The position numbers and the translations under genes were made by a program. Positions 41,648 through 50,041 of a stretch of 64,000 nucleotides of DNA are shown piece by piece. How positions within the stretch are numbered: position 1 is the stretch's first letter; the number at the start of each line of letters is the position of its first letter. The stretch is from Methylophilaceae bacterium (lineage in GTDB: Bacteria; Pseudomonadota; Gammaproteobacteria; Burkholderiales; Methylophilaceae): NCBI GenBank assembly GCA_048595445.1, contig JBJPGD010000021.1, forward strand, positions 54,196-118,195, given 5' to 3'. Below the pieces are notes generated by a model that was not told the DNA's origin, did not search any database, and saw only the letters and a list, made by a program, of their open reading frames with translations.

Positions 41648-41953
41648 TTAGATGAAGTGTTTGATAAAAGTATAGCAGCCAGCTGCAGCAATGACTAAGC
41701 CAAACCATTCCATTGGTATCCAAAATAATGTGTGTTTGTTTTTTAGCTCTACTTCTTGGTTGGTTTCAGGGTCAACTAATACTTTACCTGGCTTACTGTT
41801 TAATTTTCTACCTACAAGATAAACTACAATTGCAGAAATAATTAATGCCGCTTCAGTTCCATAAGTCATTTCAGTACCGCCCATATCAAACAAGACCAGT
41901 AAAATAATGGGAATAAGCGCAGCTAAAAATCCAAACCCTTGCCAAACGATCAT
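41648..41953 (-). CDS. small 3-TM membrane protein, unknown function
   Basis: 101 aa. Strong SD GAGGAGAG 6 nt before the ATG. Hydrophobic segments. Confidence 0.55.
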   Translation of the reverse strand: MIVWQGFGFLAALIPIILLVLFDMGGTEMTYGTEAALIISAIVVYLVGRKLNSKPGKVLVDPETNQEVELKNKHTLFWIPMEWFGLVIAAAGCYTFIKHFI

Positions 41954-42163
41954 ACTTCTCTCCTCTTAACATGTAACATCATTATAGCTTTTTTGAACCA
42001 ATCATTATGATGGTTAAATGGCACTTCAAATACCAAAATTACTATACATTAATACACCTTATGCGTAAAACGTCACTAGAAAATAGAGACTGTTATTGGT
42101 TGGTTAAATAGCTCGTACCATTTTACGATTTTTGCTTAGCGGGTGGTGCTTTTTTAGCCACCT

Positions 42164-42604
42164 TTAAGTATTAGTCATCACAAAATAACTGATGACGATA
42201 TAGCGCATTAACTTACCTACCGTCACCAATATTAAAAACCAATGTAACCGAACACGAAAAATACCAGCAATCACGGTGAGAGGGTCGCCGATGATTGGCA
42301 CCCAAGCAAAACATAAAATAAACAAGCCGTATTGTTCAAAACGTCGCTTTGCATCTGTAAGATCATCCTCTGAAATGCGCAACCATTTTTTGATGACGCC
42401 TAAGCTAGCCCAGTAGCCTAAAGCATAATTGGTCAGAGATCCCAACACATTGCCAATGGTCGCAATTGTAATGAGTGCAATCGGCGATAAACCATTTAAC
42501 AATAGCGCGCCTAAAACAACTTCAGAACTCAAAGGCAAAATGGTTGCTGCTAAAAATGCAGAAACGAAAAGGCCGAAATAGCCGAATTCTATAAAACATT
42601 CCAT
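42164..42604 (-). CDS. YqaA/DedA (SNARE-associated) family membrane protein
   Basis: 146 aa. FLAATILPLSSEVVL...VPIIGDPLTVIAG pattern. Confidence 0.78.
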   Translation of the reverse strand: MECFIEFGYFGLFVSAFLAATILPLSSEVVLGALLLNGLSPIALITIATIGNVLGSLTNYALGYWASLGVIKKWLRISEDDLTDAKRRFEQYGLFILCFAWVPIIGDPLTVIAGIFRVRLHWFLILVTVGKLMRYIVISYFVMTNT

Positions 42605-42658
42605 GCTGATCAGTATTGACCGCTGGAATAATTTATTAGGTTATTTTCTAACATGAAT

Positions 42659-43228
42659 TTATATATTTCTACGATACAATGCAACAAGAATTAACACCAA
42701 ACAAGCGAACCCCATTACTGCTGGAAATAAAATTGTCGTTAATGAACAAACACTAAGCGCCGATACTACAACAAAATTACGCACCATAAAAATACCAAAA
42801 AAAGTTAAGTCTTCATCAAATGGGTGAGAATATACTTTTCTAATCGTCGGCATAAAGCCAATCGCATCAACGGCCGTTAGGATAACAATTGCCCATAGTG
42901 GATTGTTAGTTAAATACCAAAGTGGCAGAGATAACATTCCAGAAAGAAAGAATAGCCAATCCCACCTAGAGATAATAATTTCTGATTTTTTTACCCAAGC
43001 TACAAATGCAATGTAAATAGAAATAATGCCAGATAGGCCAATCGCTAAAACGCCAATCCCGCCACCACCTTCAACTTGTGCCAAAAATGCAATAAAAGTT
43101 GTTGAGCCCCAAATAATCCAAGAAAACACATGAGGTTTGGTTTTGCCTTTATTAATTGAAATGATGTAAGGGACAAAAGCCAATAGCGTTAAAGTGATAG
43201 CTAAAACACTCAAAAATTGTTGATACAT
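42659..43228 (-). CDS. multi-pass (6-7 TM) membrane protein, PQ-loop-like, unknown function
   Basis: 189 aa, hydrophobic throughout. Starts 19 nt after attC-like site D. Confidence 0.55.
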   Translation of the reverse strand: MYQQFLSVLAITLTLLAFVPYIISINKGKTKPHVFSWIIWGSTTFIAFLAQVEGGGGIGVLAIGLSGIISIYIAFVAWVKKSEIIISRWDWLFFLSGMLSLPLWYLTNNPLWAIVILTAVDAIGFMPTIRKVYSHPFDEDLTFFGIFMVRNFVVVSALSVCSLTTILFPAVMGFACLVLILVALYRRNI

Positions 43229-43246
43229 AACACCCTAAAATTAGTT

Positions 43247-43340
43247 GCTTAACGCCCGCTTAAACGGTGGAGCATATTGGCGCGGATTTTTGCAAAAATC
43301 GCGACAGTATGCGGAATCTGATTTGAGGCATTTGTTATAT
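43247..43340 (-). mobile_element. attC-like recombination site D (94 bp imperfect palindrome)
   Basis: The minus strand reads ATATAAC-AAATGCC...CGCGATTTTTGCAAAAATCCGCG...GCGGGC-GTTAAGC. It starts 5 nt after the stop of the 470-aa ORF. Confidence 0.55.
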
Positions 43341-43345
43341 AGTGT

Positions 43346-44758
43346 CTATTTAAATGGTCCGCAAACCAATGCTCGTTTTACTCCAGGTGTTAAAGTATCT
43401 ATGCCTTCGATTAATTTTTCTCTTCTAATTAGAACATCTGTAATTTGACTTGAATATTTTATAGCACTCTCTCTCATCATTCCCAACATTGGCCAGCCCC
43501 ACAATGCTGAAACTGTAACTTCCTCTTTAATAAAATGAGGCTCAGTTAAAAATGTGCAACTAAGTACAGATTCAACAGCACTTCTATTTGTCTCACTTCC
43601 GCCTACAAGATCAATCACAACTGAGCCTTTGGGAATTACTCTTTTTAGATGGTCATTACTTACAAGATAGGTTATACCTCTTAGTTCTCGCGGTAGTTCT
43701 GCACCATTTACAACCAAATCAACATCTTTTAACCAAAAATCTATCTTATCTTTAGCTGTTTGGGTGCGACCTAAAATATTGATATTTTTGAAGCCTTGAT
43801 TATATATTTCATGCATTGCGCCTTTTGCTACATTACCATAACCCAATACAACAACTTTTGCTTCACAGATATCTAATTGAGGTTTATTTTCTTTAAGTAG
43901 TTTAATCCCATACCTTGCACCTGCTTGTCCTGTTTCATGAAGGCACTGAATTCTTCGCAAGCCAAATTCAGAAGGTGTATGTGTTTTTCTATAATCAGCA
44001 ATTGCCATATCCCCACTTTTTAATACAAATTCATGAAGGTCAAAAATGTTAGAATTAGCCTCTTTTAATTTTTCAATTAATCTATTTAAATCGTTAAAAT
44101 CTTCACTGTCATAAAAATACAGAGTTTCACTACCTGTCTCTTTTAACTCTTCAAACTTTACATCTCTATGTAAAATATTTAGTGAATGGGGATTACGATT
44201 TCCTGCTCTTCTTACAGCGCCCGCTAATCTTTCATTTCGACCTATAATAAATATCTTTAGATTTCCAATTGTTTCATTATCAATAAAGCTTTTTAATGCT
44301 TCAGCCATCGCAGTTCGCGCTAATATTTGCTCATCGGTTTGGGCTTTAGGAGATTCAAGAATCTCTTCCATAGCGATAACATTTATTTGATTATCCTCAA
44401 GCATTTTTGCCCTATCTGGGAATGAATGAAAATGCGCCATACAAAACAGAGCGCAACCTTTTTTCATCTTAGATATAGACTCCAAAGATGGGCCTTTGAA
44501 TTTAATAATCATATCCTTACCTTTGTATATCTCATCTGCTTTTTGCATCACAGCACCATTTTTAAGATATTCTTCATCTTCAAAGTCCACACCTAGGCCA
44601 GCACCATATTCAACAAATACGTTAACCCCAACAGCTGTTAACTGTCCAACATCTTCTGGGGTTAAAGCAACTCTTTTTTCTAATCCACCTGGGTTTTCAG
44701 GAGATTCAATCTCTTTGACTAAAGCAATGTTTTTGAATGCTATTGATAATATTTTCAC
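43346..44758 (-). CDS. AlaDH/PNT-family-like NAD(P)-dependent dehydrogenase with a large internal insertion
   Basis: N-terminal KRVALTPEDV...VFVEYGAGLG..F.DEEY. Rossmann fingerprint VVVLGYGNVAKGAMHE near residue 300. 470 aa. GTG start. Confidence 0.6.
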   Translation of the reverse strand: MKILSIAFKNIALVKEIESPENPGGLEKRVALTPEDVGQLTAVGVNVFVEYGAGLGVDFEDEEYLKNGAVMQKADEIYKGKDMIIKFKGPSLESISKMKKGCALFCMAHFHSFPDRAKMLEDNQINVIAMEEILESPKAQTDEQILARTAMAEALKSFIDNETIGNLKIFIIGRNERLAGAVRRAGNRNPHSLNILHRDVKFEELKETGSETLYFYDSEDFNDLNRLIEKLKEANSNIFDLHEFVLKSGDMAIADYRKTHTPSEFGLRRIQCLHETGQAGARYGIKLLKENKPQLDICEAKVVVLGYGNVAKGAMHEIYNQGFKNINILGRTQTAKDKIDFWLKDVDLVVNGAELPRELRGITYLVSNDHLKRVIPKGSVVIDLVGGSETNRSAVESVLSCTFLTEPHFIKEEVTVSALWGWPMLGMMRESAIKYSSQITDVLIRREKLIEGIDTLTPGVKRALVCGPFK

Positions 44759-44815
44759 AATAATTCTTTTTCTATTTTATTATTGAATGCTGGGTTATTG
44801 GTTTCGTTATGTTTT

Positions 44816-45100
44816 TTATACATTGCCGAAGATTCTTGCAACGCACCGATTACAGCCCATTAAAGACACTATTAATGCCAAGGTGAAAAGCATAGCTAAC
44901 AATATGAAAAGTATGATTGTAATTCGTTCTTGTAATGATTTATTGCTTGAAAAATAAAATAACCCTGCGCTACCAACTAATTCACAAAGCGATAGCGTAA
45001 ACAATACAGGGCGCTTCCATTTCTTTTCAAGTATGTCACCCCAAAAACAGATAATATTTATAGTTTTGCAGGCTTGGCATGTTGAATTAATTTTTCTCAT
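44816..45100 (-). CDS. small 2-TM membrane protein, unknown function
   Basis: 94 aa with Cys-containing termini. Starts 16 nt after attC-like site E and is followed by an ACATAAC box. Confidence 0.45.
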   Translation of the reverse strand: MRKINSTCQACKTINIICFWGDILEKKWKRPVLFTLSLCELVGSAGLFYFSSNKSLQERITIILFILLAMLFTLALIVSLMGCNRCVARIFGNV

Positions 45101-45115
45101 GCTTCTATTTTATAA

Positions 45116-45202
45116 ACATAACGCCTGCTTCACCGGAAAAAGAAAGTTGCGTAGCGGAAGCAAAGCAGCTTTATTTTTTCCGCGTGTAAGTACTTGTTAG
45201 GC
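45116..45202 (-). mobile_element. attC-like recombination site E (87 bp imperfect palindrome)
   Basis: The minus strand reads GCCTAAC-AAGTACTTACACGCGGAAAAAATAAAG...CTTTCTTTTTCCGGTGAAGCAGGC-GTTATGT. The arms pair with single-base bulges. Confidence 0.6.
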
Positions 45203-45259
45203 ATCTGGCTCAATATGGCCCTTGGCTCCAGTATCCCGCTAGCAACCTCTCTGTCGTCG

Positions 45260-46011
45260 TCACGCATGCGTCCAGGTGACCTCTCCATCCCAGTCGCCCC
45301 AGCTGTGAATGGGACGAAGCCGTGTGAACGAGGTGCGGTCCGACAGGAGCCCCGCCTTATCTTCGTCTATACGAGTGCGGTGCGCACCGGGATGATAGGC
45401 CGCCTGCCGCATCCCCTCGTCCGAGTGCCAGAGCGACAGCGTGAAGCCGTCACGTCCATCGAAACCTCCGCGAAACGCGGACCGGCGTAGGTTTGATGCT
45501 TGCGCCCCGAAGGAATCCAACACCTCGACAACGCCCGCCACAAATCGCTTGATGCGCGGAAGGGTTGCAGCGTCGCGCGACGCGAACCCCGCGAGGTAAG
45601 GACGATCAGCGGCCCGCCCGGATCGACGGGGGCGGCACGGACGGCATCGCCATTCTGGAGATGCCCGCGCCAGTTGACCTCGCCGCGATGAGAGACCGGA
45701 ACGCTAAGGCAATGCCAAGCGGCTACGGTCTCTCCGAGCCAGGGCATAGCGTCACCCGGCGCGTCTACCATCGCCTCCGCGGCATCACGGCTGTGCCAGA
45801 TGCCCACGCCGCCCCAGATGTCGCTCACGCCGGTGATCATCCCGTCCGGGCCGACGGCGTAATGCGGCCCGAACAGCCAGCAATCAGGCCCGGCAACGGG
45901 CGGAAAGACCCGTTCGATGGACGAGACCGGCTCGGGAAAACGCAGGCGATGAAATGTAACCCAGTCGTGGTCATTCGTATCTGTCATTGAATTAGCCTTA
46001 AATAGCGACAT
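45260..46011 (-). pseudogene. high-GC foreign gene, frameshifted (CrtA/DUF3291-like small monooxygenase by recollection)
   Basis: Two overlapping minus-strand frames (46011 to about 45600, and about 45600 to 45260) join into one protein of roughly 245 aa. 62-73% G+C against about 28% in the flanks. AAGGAG lies 8 nt before the ATG at 46011. Confidence 0.6.
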
Positions 46012-46040
46012 TGTGAAGTCTCCTTTGCAGGTAGTCTGTG

Positions 46041-46104
46041 ATGTCTAACAGGGTTTATCAAACAGCGTGTCTGATAATGTTTTATATAAATTGGAAGTAG
46101 ACAT
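46041..46104 (-). mobile_element. attC-like site F (64 bp, more degenerate)
   Basis: The minus strand reads ATGTCTAC...TTATCAgacacgctgtTTGATAA...GTTAGAC. The consensus GTTRRRY box lies 32 nt before the ATG at 46011. Confidence 0.4.
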
Positions 46105-46466
46105 AGCAGAAACTCCTTTTTATTCATTGTTTTATATTCACTTTACTTGATAATTTTTTATTTATCAAGCATGTCTACTTTGCTTTTCTATTATCAATAT
46201 GTGGTGATGTCTGTTAATTGGGTAGTTGTTAAAATTAGGCTTATATTTATATATATATCAATGGTTTATTTATTTTCTTATAAATCGCGATATCAGACAA
46301 TTATTGAGGTGATAGAGGCAGTCTATACATCCCTAATTCAGTTATTCCTTTTTCTCCAGTTACTTTATAAACTTGTGCTTCTATGTACGGATGCGCTTCC
46401 ATTTGTCAGATTGCTATCTTTACAAGATAATGTTTTCTTGAAGTATAAAAATAATAAATTAACTAA

Positions 46467-48848
46467 ATGATAGTCTTTGCACTAGGCTTTGTCTTTGGCG
46501 CTTGGCTGTTACAACAGCAAGTGGCATTGCCTTCACTTTATTGGCTGCCGGTTATTGCGATTAGCCTTTTCCTGTTTGTTTTACTACGTCATTTTAGAGC
46601 ACCCCAATATTGTCGATTGCCAGCTGTGTTTATATCAGCAGGTTTGGTTGGTTTTTTCTATGCAGCATTATTTGCTACTTTGCGTTTAAATGATGAGCTG
46701 CCCAAAGCATGGGAACAGAAAAACATTGAGATAGTCGGTGTGGTTGCTACCATGTCAGAAGTCACCGCGCGTGGTGAACGTTTTCGATTTGATGTAGAGC
46801 AAGTGCTAACAGGTGATGCACAAGTGCCTAAGCATATTGGGCTAAGTTATTACAAACCTGGCGCTTGGTATCAATCGGCAGATACAGTCGATGAAATGGC
46901 ATTGCTGGCACCCGCAAAGTTCAAGGCAGGGGAACGTTGGCGGTTCACCGTAAGGCTTAAGCGGCCACATACCACAGTCAACCCACACGGCTATGATTTT
47001 GAGGCATGGGCGCTGGCACAGAATATCCGCGCCATGGGTTCCATACGTAGTAAAAGCGGCATGCACAAGATTTCAGGTTTTGTTTGGCGACCAAGTTATA
47101 TGGTTGAGTATTGCCGTGAGAAAGTTGGCAACCGCATTAGCCAGGTACTTGCCAATAAACCCTATGCTGGTGTTGTTCGTGGTTTGGTCGTGGGTGATGA
47201 TAGTCAAATTACGACCAAAGATTGGGACGTGTATTTACGTACAGGCACCAATCATCTAATGAGCATTTCTGGCCTGCACATCACAATGTTGGCAGGTCTG
47301 GCATTTAGTGTGATTGCCTTTTTATGGCGTCGCAACCCGCGACTGGCACTGCGTATGCCTACAAGACAAGCGGCAACGATAGGGGGTGCTTTGGTCGCCT
47401 TGCTCTATGCTTGTTTAGCTGGTTTATCCGTCCCCACACAGCGTACGCTCTATATGCTGATGACGTTTGCGGTCGCGTTATTGCTGAGTCGACGTGTGCC
47501 ACTATCACGCGTACTGGCAATTGCTTTGATGGTGGTCGTGCTATTGGATCCCTGGGCAGTCATCGCTCCCGGCTTTTGGTTGTCATTCTCTGCGGTAGCA
47601 GTGATTGCTTATGCCACCGTTAATCGATTAAAAATTAGACATTGGCTATTAGAGGCAATCAATACGCAATGGTCAGTGACGTTGGGCTTATTGCCATTTT
47701 TAATTTTAATGTTTGGGCAAGCGTCAGTTGTGTCACCGATTGCCAATGCGCTGGCTATTCCCATCATTAGTTTATTGGTCGTGCCTTTAGCTATTTTAGG
47801 TGCTTTATTACCACTAGATTTTATTTTGCATACATCACAAACAATACTTGAAATCTGTATGCATGTGCTCAATTGGTTAGCCAGTTCACCCTTCGCCACA
47901 TGGCAGCAGGCTGCTGCACCAATGTGGGCAATTGGGTTGGCCATGCTGGGCGTACTTTGGTTGTTGTTGCCACGCGGAATGCCACAACGTTGGCTGGGTT
48001 TAGTACTCATGCTACCAATGTTGTTTGTCGCTTTACCTAGGTTGGAAGAAGGGGAAATGAAAGTCACTGTATTAGATGTTGGCCAAGGCTTATCCGTCGT
48101 TGTGCAAACAGCAACGCATGCAATGGTGTATGACACAGGCCGACAATATAATGAGGAAAGTGATGCTGGCAGTAAAATTGTCGTACCTTATCTACGCAGT
48201 CAAGGCATTAAACAGCTAGATGCGATGGTGATTAGTCACGATGATAATGATCATAGTGGAGGGGCGGCATCAATGCTGTCACAAGTGCCGATTAATTGGC
48301 TAGCCAGCTCGTATGAGATGCCAGCCACTAAAGAGCTGATGCCCAGACAATTAAAGTGCTATGCTGGCCAAAAGTGGCGCTGGGATGCGATTAGGTTTGA
48401 AGTGCTGCATCCGAGCGTGCAAAGCTATCAGGACATTAATATTAAAGATAACAATCGAAGTTGCGTCATTAAAGTCACTAGCCGTTACGGCAGCATATTA
48501 TTGACTGGGGATGTGGAAAAAGAATCTGAGCAACTGTTATTGAAAACACACAAATATAAACTAGCTAGTGATGTGATAGTAGCGCCACATCACGGCAGTA
48601 AAACTTCCTCAACGGAAAGTTTTATTAAAGCGGTTAATGCCAAGCATGTTATTTTTACCGTAGGCTATTTAAATCGTTTCAAGCATCCTAAATCCACCAT
48701 CATTGCACGCTTCGCTAGCCGCGGGTCACAGGACTATCGATCAGACCATCATGGCGCAATTACATTAGATTTTATGCGTGACAACACGCTTAAAGTGAGT
48801 GCGGAACGTATAGTTAATAAAAAATACTGGTATGACAAATATTTATAA
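46467..48848 (+). CDS. comEC: DNA internalization-related competence protein ComEC/Rec2
   Basis: 793 aa. Multi-TM competence domain plus C-terminal metallo-beta-lactamase fold (ISHDDNDHSGG). Confidence 0.93.
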   Translation: MIVFALGFVFGAWLLQQQVALPSLYWLPVIAISLFLFVLLRHFRAPQYCRLPAVFISAGLVGFFYAALFATLRLNDELPKAWEQKNIEIVGVVATMSEVTARGERFRFDVEQVLTGDAQVPKHIGLSYYKPGAWYQSADTVDEMALLAPAKFKAGERWRFTVRLKRPHTTVNPHGYDFEAWALAQNIRAMGSIRSKSGMHKISGFVWRPSYMVEYCREKVGNRISQVLANKPYAGVVRGLVVGDDSQITTKDWDVYLRTGTNHLMSISGLHITMLAGLAFSVIAFLWRRNPRLALRMPTRQAATIGGALVALLYACLAGLSVPTQRTLYMLMTFAVALLLSRRVPLSRVLAIALMVVVLLDPWAVIAPGFWLSFSAVAVIAYATVNRLKIRHWLLEAINTQWSVTLGLLPFLILMFGQASVVSPIANALAIPIISLLVVPLAILGALLPLDFILHTSQTILEICMHVLNWLASSPFATWQQAAAPMWAIGLAMLGVLWLLLPRGMPQRWLGLVLMLPMLFVALPRLEEGEMKVTVLDVGQGLSVVVQTATHAMVYDTGRQYNEESDAGSKIVVPYLRSQGIKQLDAMVISHDDNDHSGGAASMLSQVPINWLASSYEMPATKELMPRQLKCYAGQKWRWDAIRFEVLHPSVQSYQDINIKDNNRSCVIKVTSRYGSILLTGDVEKESEQLLLKTHKYKLASDVIVAPHHGSKTSSTESFIKAVNAKHVIFTVGYLNRFKHPKSTIIARFASRGSQDYRSDHHGAITLDFMRDNTLKVSAERIVNKKYWYDKYL

Positions 48849-48930
48849 AGTCTAACTTGCCGAATAGGGCGCTTGTAAGCTAAAGTAACGTTAGTTTAGA
48901 TTTGTACGATTTAATTAAGGAGTTACCACT

Positions 48931-49536
48931 GTGTGGGAAATTATTATAGCTGCGGGCTGGCCGATTTGGCCGCTAATTTTTGCTTCAATTATCGCGTTAG
49001 CGATTATTGTTGAGCGTTTTTGGGCATTACGAACTGAAGTCGTTACGCCGAGTGGGTTGTTGTCAGAAATACAAAAATGGACTCAGCAAGAAGGTGTCAT
49101 TAACAAAGAAAGCCTTAGCAAGCTCGAAGGGCACTCATTGTTAGGCAGAATATTTTCTAGTGCATTAGCCAATGAGAAAAACTCAAGAGAAGTGACCAAA
49201 GAGGCGATTGAAGAAACAGGTCGTGCAGTTGCTCACAATTTAGAAAAGTATCTTTCTACGTTAGGCACAATTGCTACTGTAGCACCATTGCTCGGGTTGT
49301 TAGGTACGGTCATTGGGATGGTGGAGCTGTTTGGTGCGTTTACAAACTCTGGGCACGATGTTGCTCAATTTGCGCGTGGTATTTCAATAGCACTATATAA
49401 CACTGCCGCAGGTATTATTGTGGCTGTACCCGCGATGATTGCATACCGTTATTTCCGCAGCAAAGTAGATGCGCTATTAATCGATATGGAACAGCAGGCG
49501 ATTAAACTAGTTGAAATTCTACATGGTGAACGCTAG
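48931..49536 (+). CDS. exbB: MotA/TolQ/ExbB proton-channel family protein
   Basis: 201 aa, 3 TM helices, LGLLGTVIGM motif. GTG start. Confidence 0.88.
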   Translation: MWEIIIAAGWPIWPLIFASIIALAIIVERFWALRTEVVTPSGLLSEIQKWTQQEGVINKESLSKLEGHSLLGRIFSSALANEKNSREVTKEAIEETGRAVAHNLEKYLSTLGTIATVAPLLGLLGTVIGMVELFGAFTNSGHDVAQFARGISIALYNTAAGIIVAVPAMIAYRYFRSKVDALLIDMEQQAIKLVEILHGER

Positions 49537-49583
49537 TCCTAGAGATTATAAAGACTAGCTTGCTAAGTTAAAGGAACAGTAAA

Positions 49584-50003
49584 ATGAATTTTCAACGTGG
49601 AAGAAATCACGAAGAGCTAGAAATTAACTTTATTCCGTTAATTGATGTTTTGTTGGTGATTATTATCTTTTTAATCGTAAACGCGACTTTCTCTCGTACG
49701 AGCGAGTTGCAAATTAACTTGCCGACAGCCGAGGCTAATACACCGGAAGATAAGCCAGCTGTGATTACTGTCGACATTGACGCGCAAGGCCGTTATATGG
49801 TTGATGCGAAAGAGGCAGGGTCTAGCGTGGAAGAAATTAGTAATGCGCTGAGAGCCGCCGTAGGTGATGCGAAAGACCCAACAATCGTGATTAATGCGGA
49901 TGCTAAAACAACGCATCAGACTGTTGTTAATGTCATGGAAGCTGCTCGTATTGCTGAATACACGCACATTACTTTTGCGACACAATTAGGGTCTAGTAAT
50001 TAA
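49584..50003 (+). CDS. exbD: biopolymer transporter ExbD/TolR family
   Basis: 139 aa. INFIPLIDVLLVIIIFL TM helix plus periplasmic domain. Confidence 0.88.
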   Translation: MNFQRGRNHEELEINFIPLIDVLLVIIIFLIVNATFSRTSELQINLPTAEANTPEDKPAVITVDIDAQGRYMVDAKEAGSSVEEISNALRAAVGDAKDPTIVINADAKTTHQTVVNVMEAARIAEYTHITFATQLGSSN

Positions 50004-50041
50004 ACACACTATTTTCTTGATCTGTTTCTACAAGGTTTCTG

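Noticed and set aside
44759-44815. A complete attC site between the 94-aa ORF and the 470-aa ORF.
   Set aside because: Only the R''-like box ACATAAC and a short stem (TTCAATAAT/ATTATTGTGAA) are present in the 57-bp gap. No GTTRRRY box precedes the GTG start, so I treat it as a remnant rather than a site.
45194-45990. Plus-strand ORFs inside the GC-rich island (45194-45490, 45500-45691, 45565-45990).
   Set aside because: High-GC DNA keeps several frames open by chance. The translations are Arg/Pro/Ala-rich, and only the minus-strand reading gives a protein-like sequence with an SD and a family-like motif.
46147-46470. 107-aa plus-strand ORF upstream of comEC.
   Set aside because: It has a non-ATG start in roughly 80% A+T DNA and a composition dominated by Phe, Leu, Ile and Tyr. 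It runs into the comEC start and is most likely non-coding spacer.
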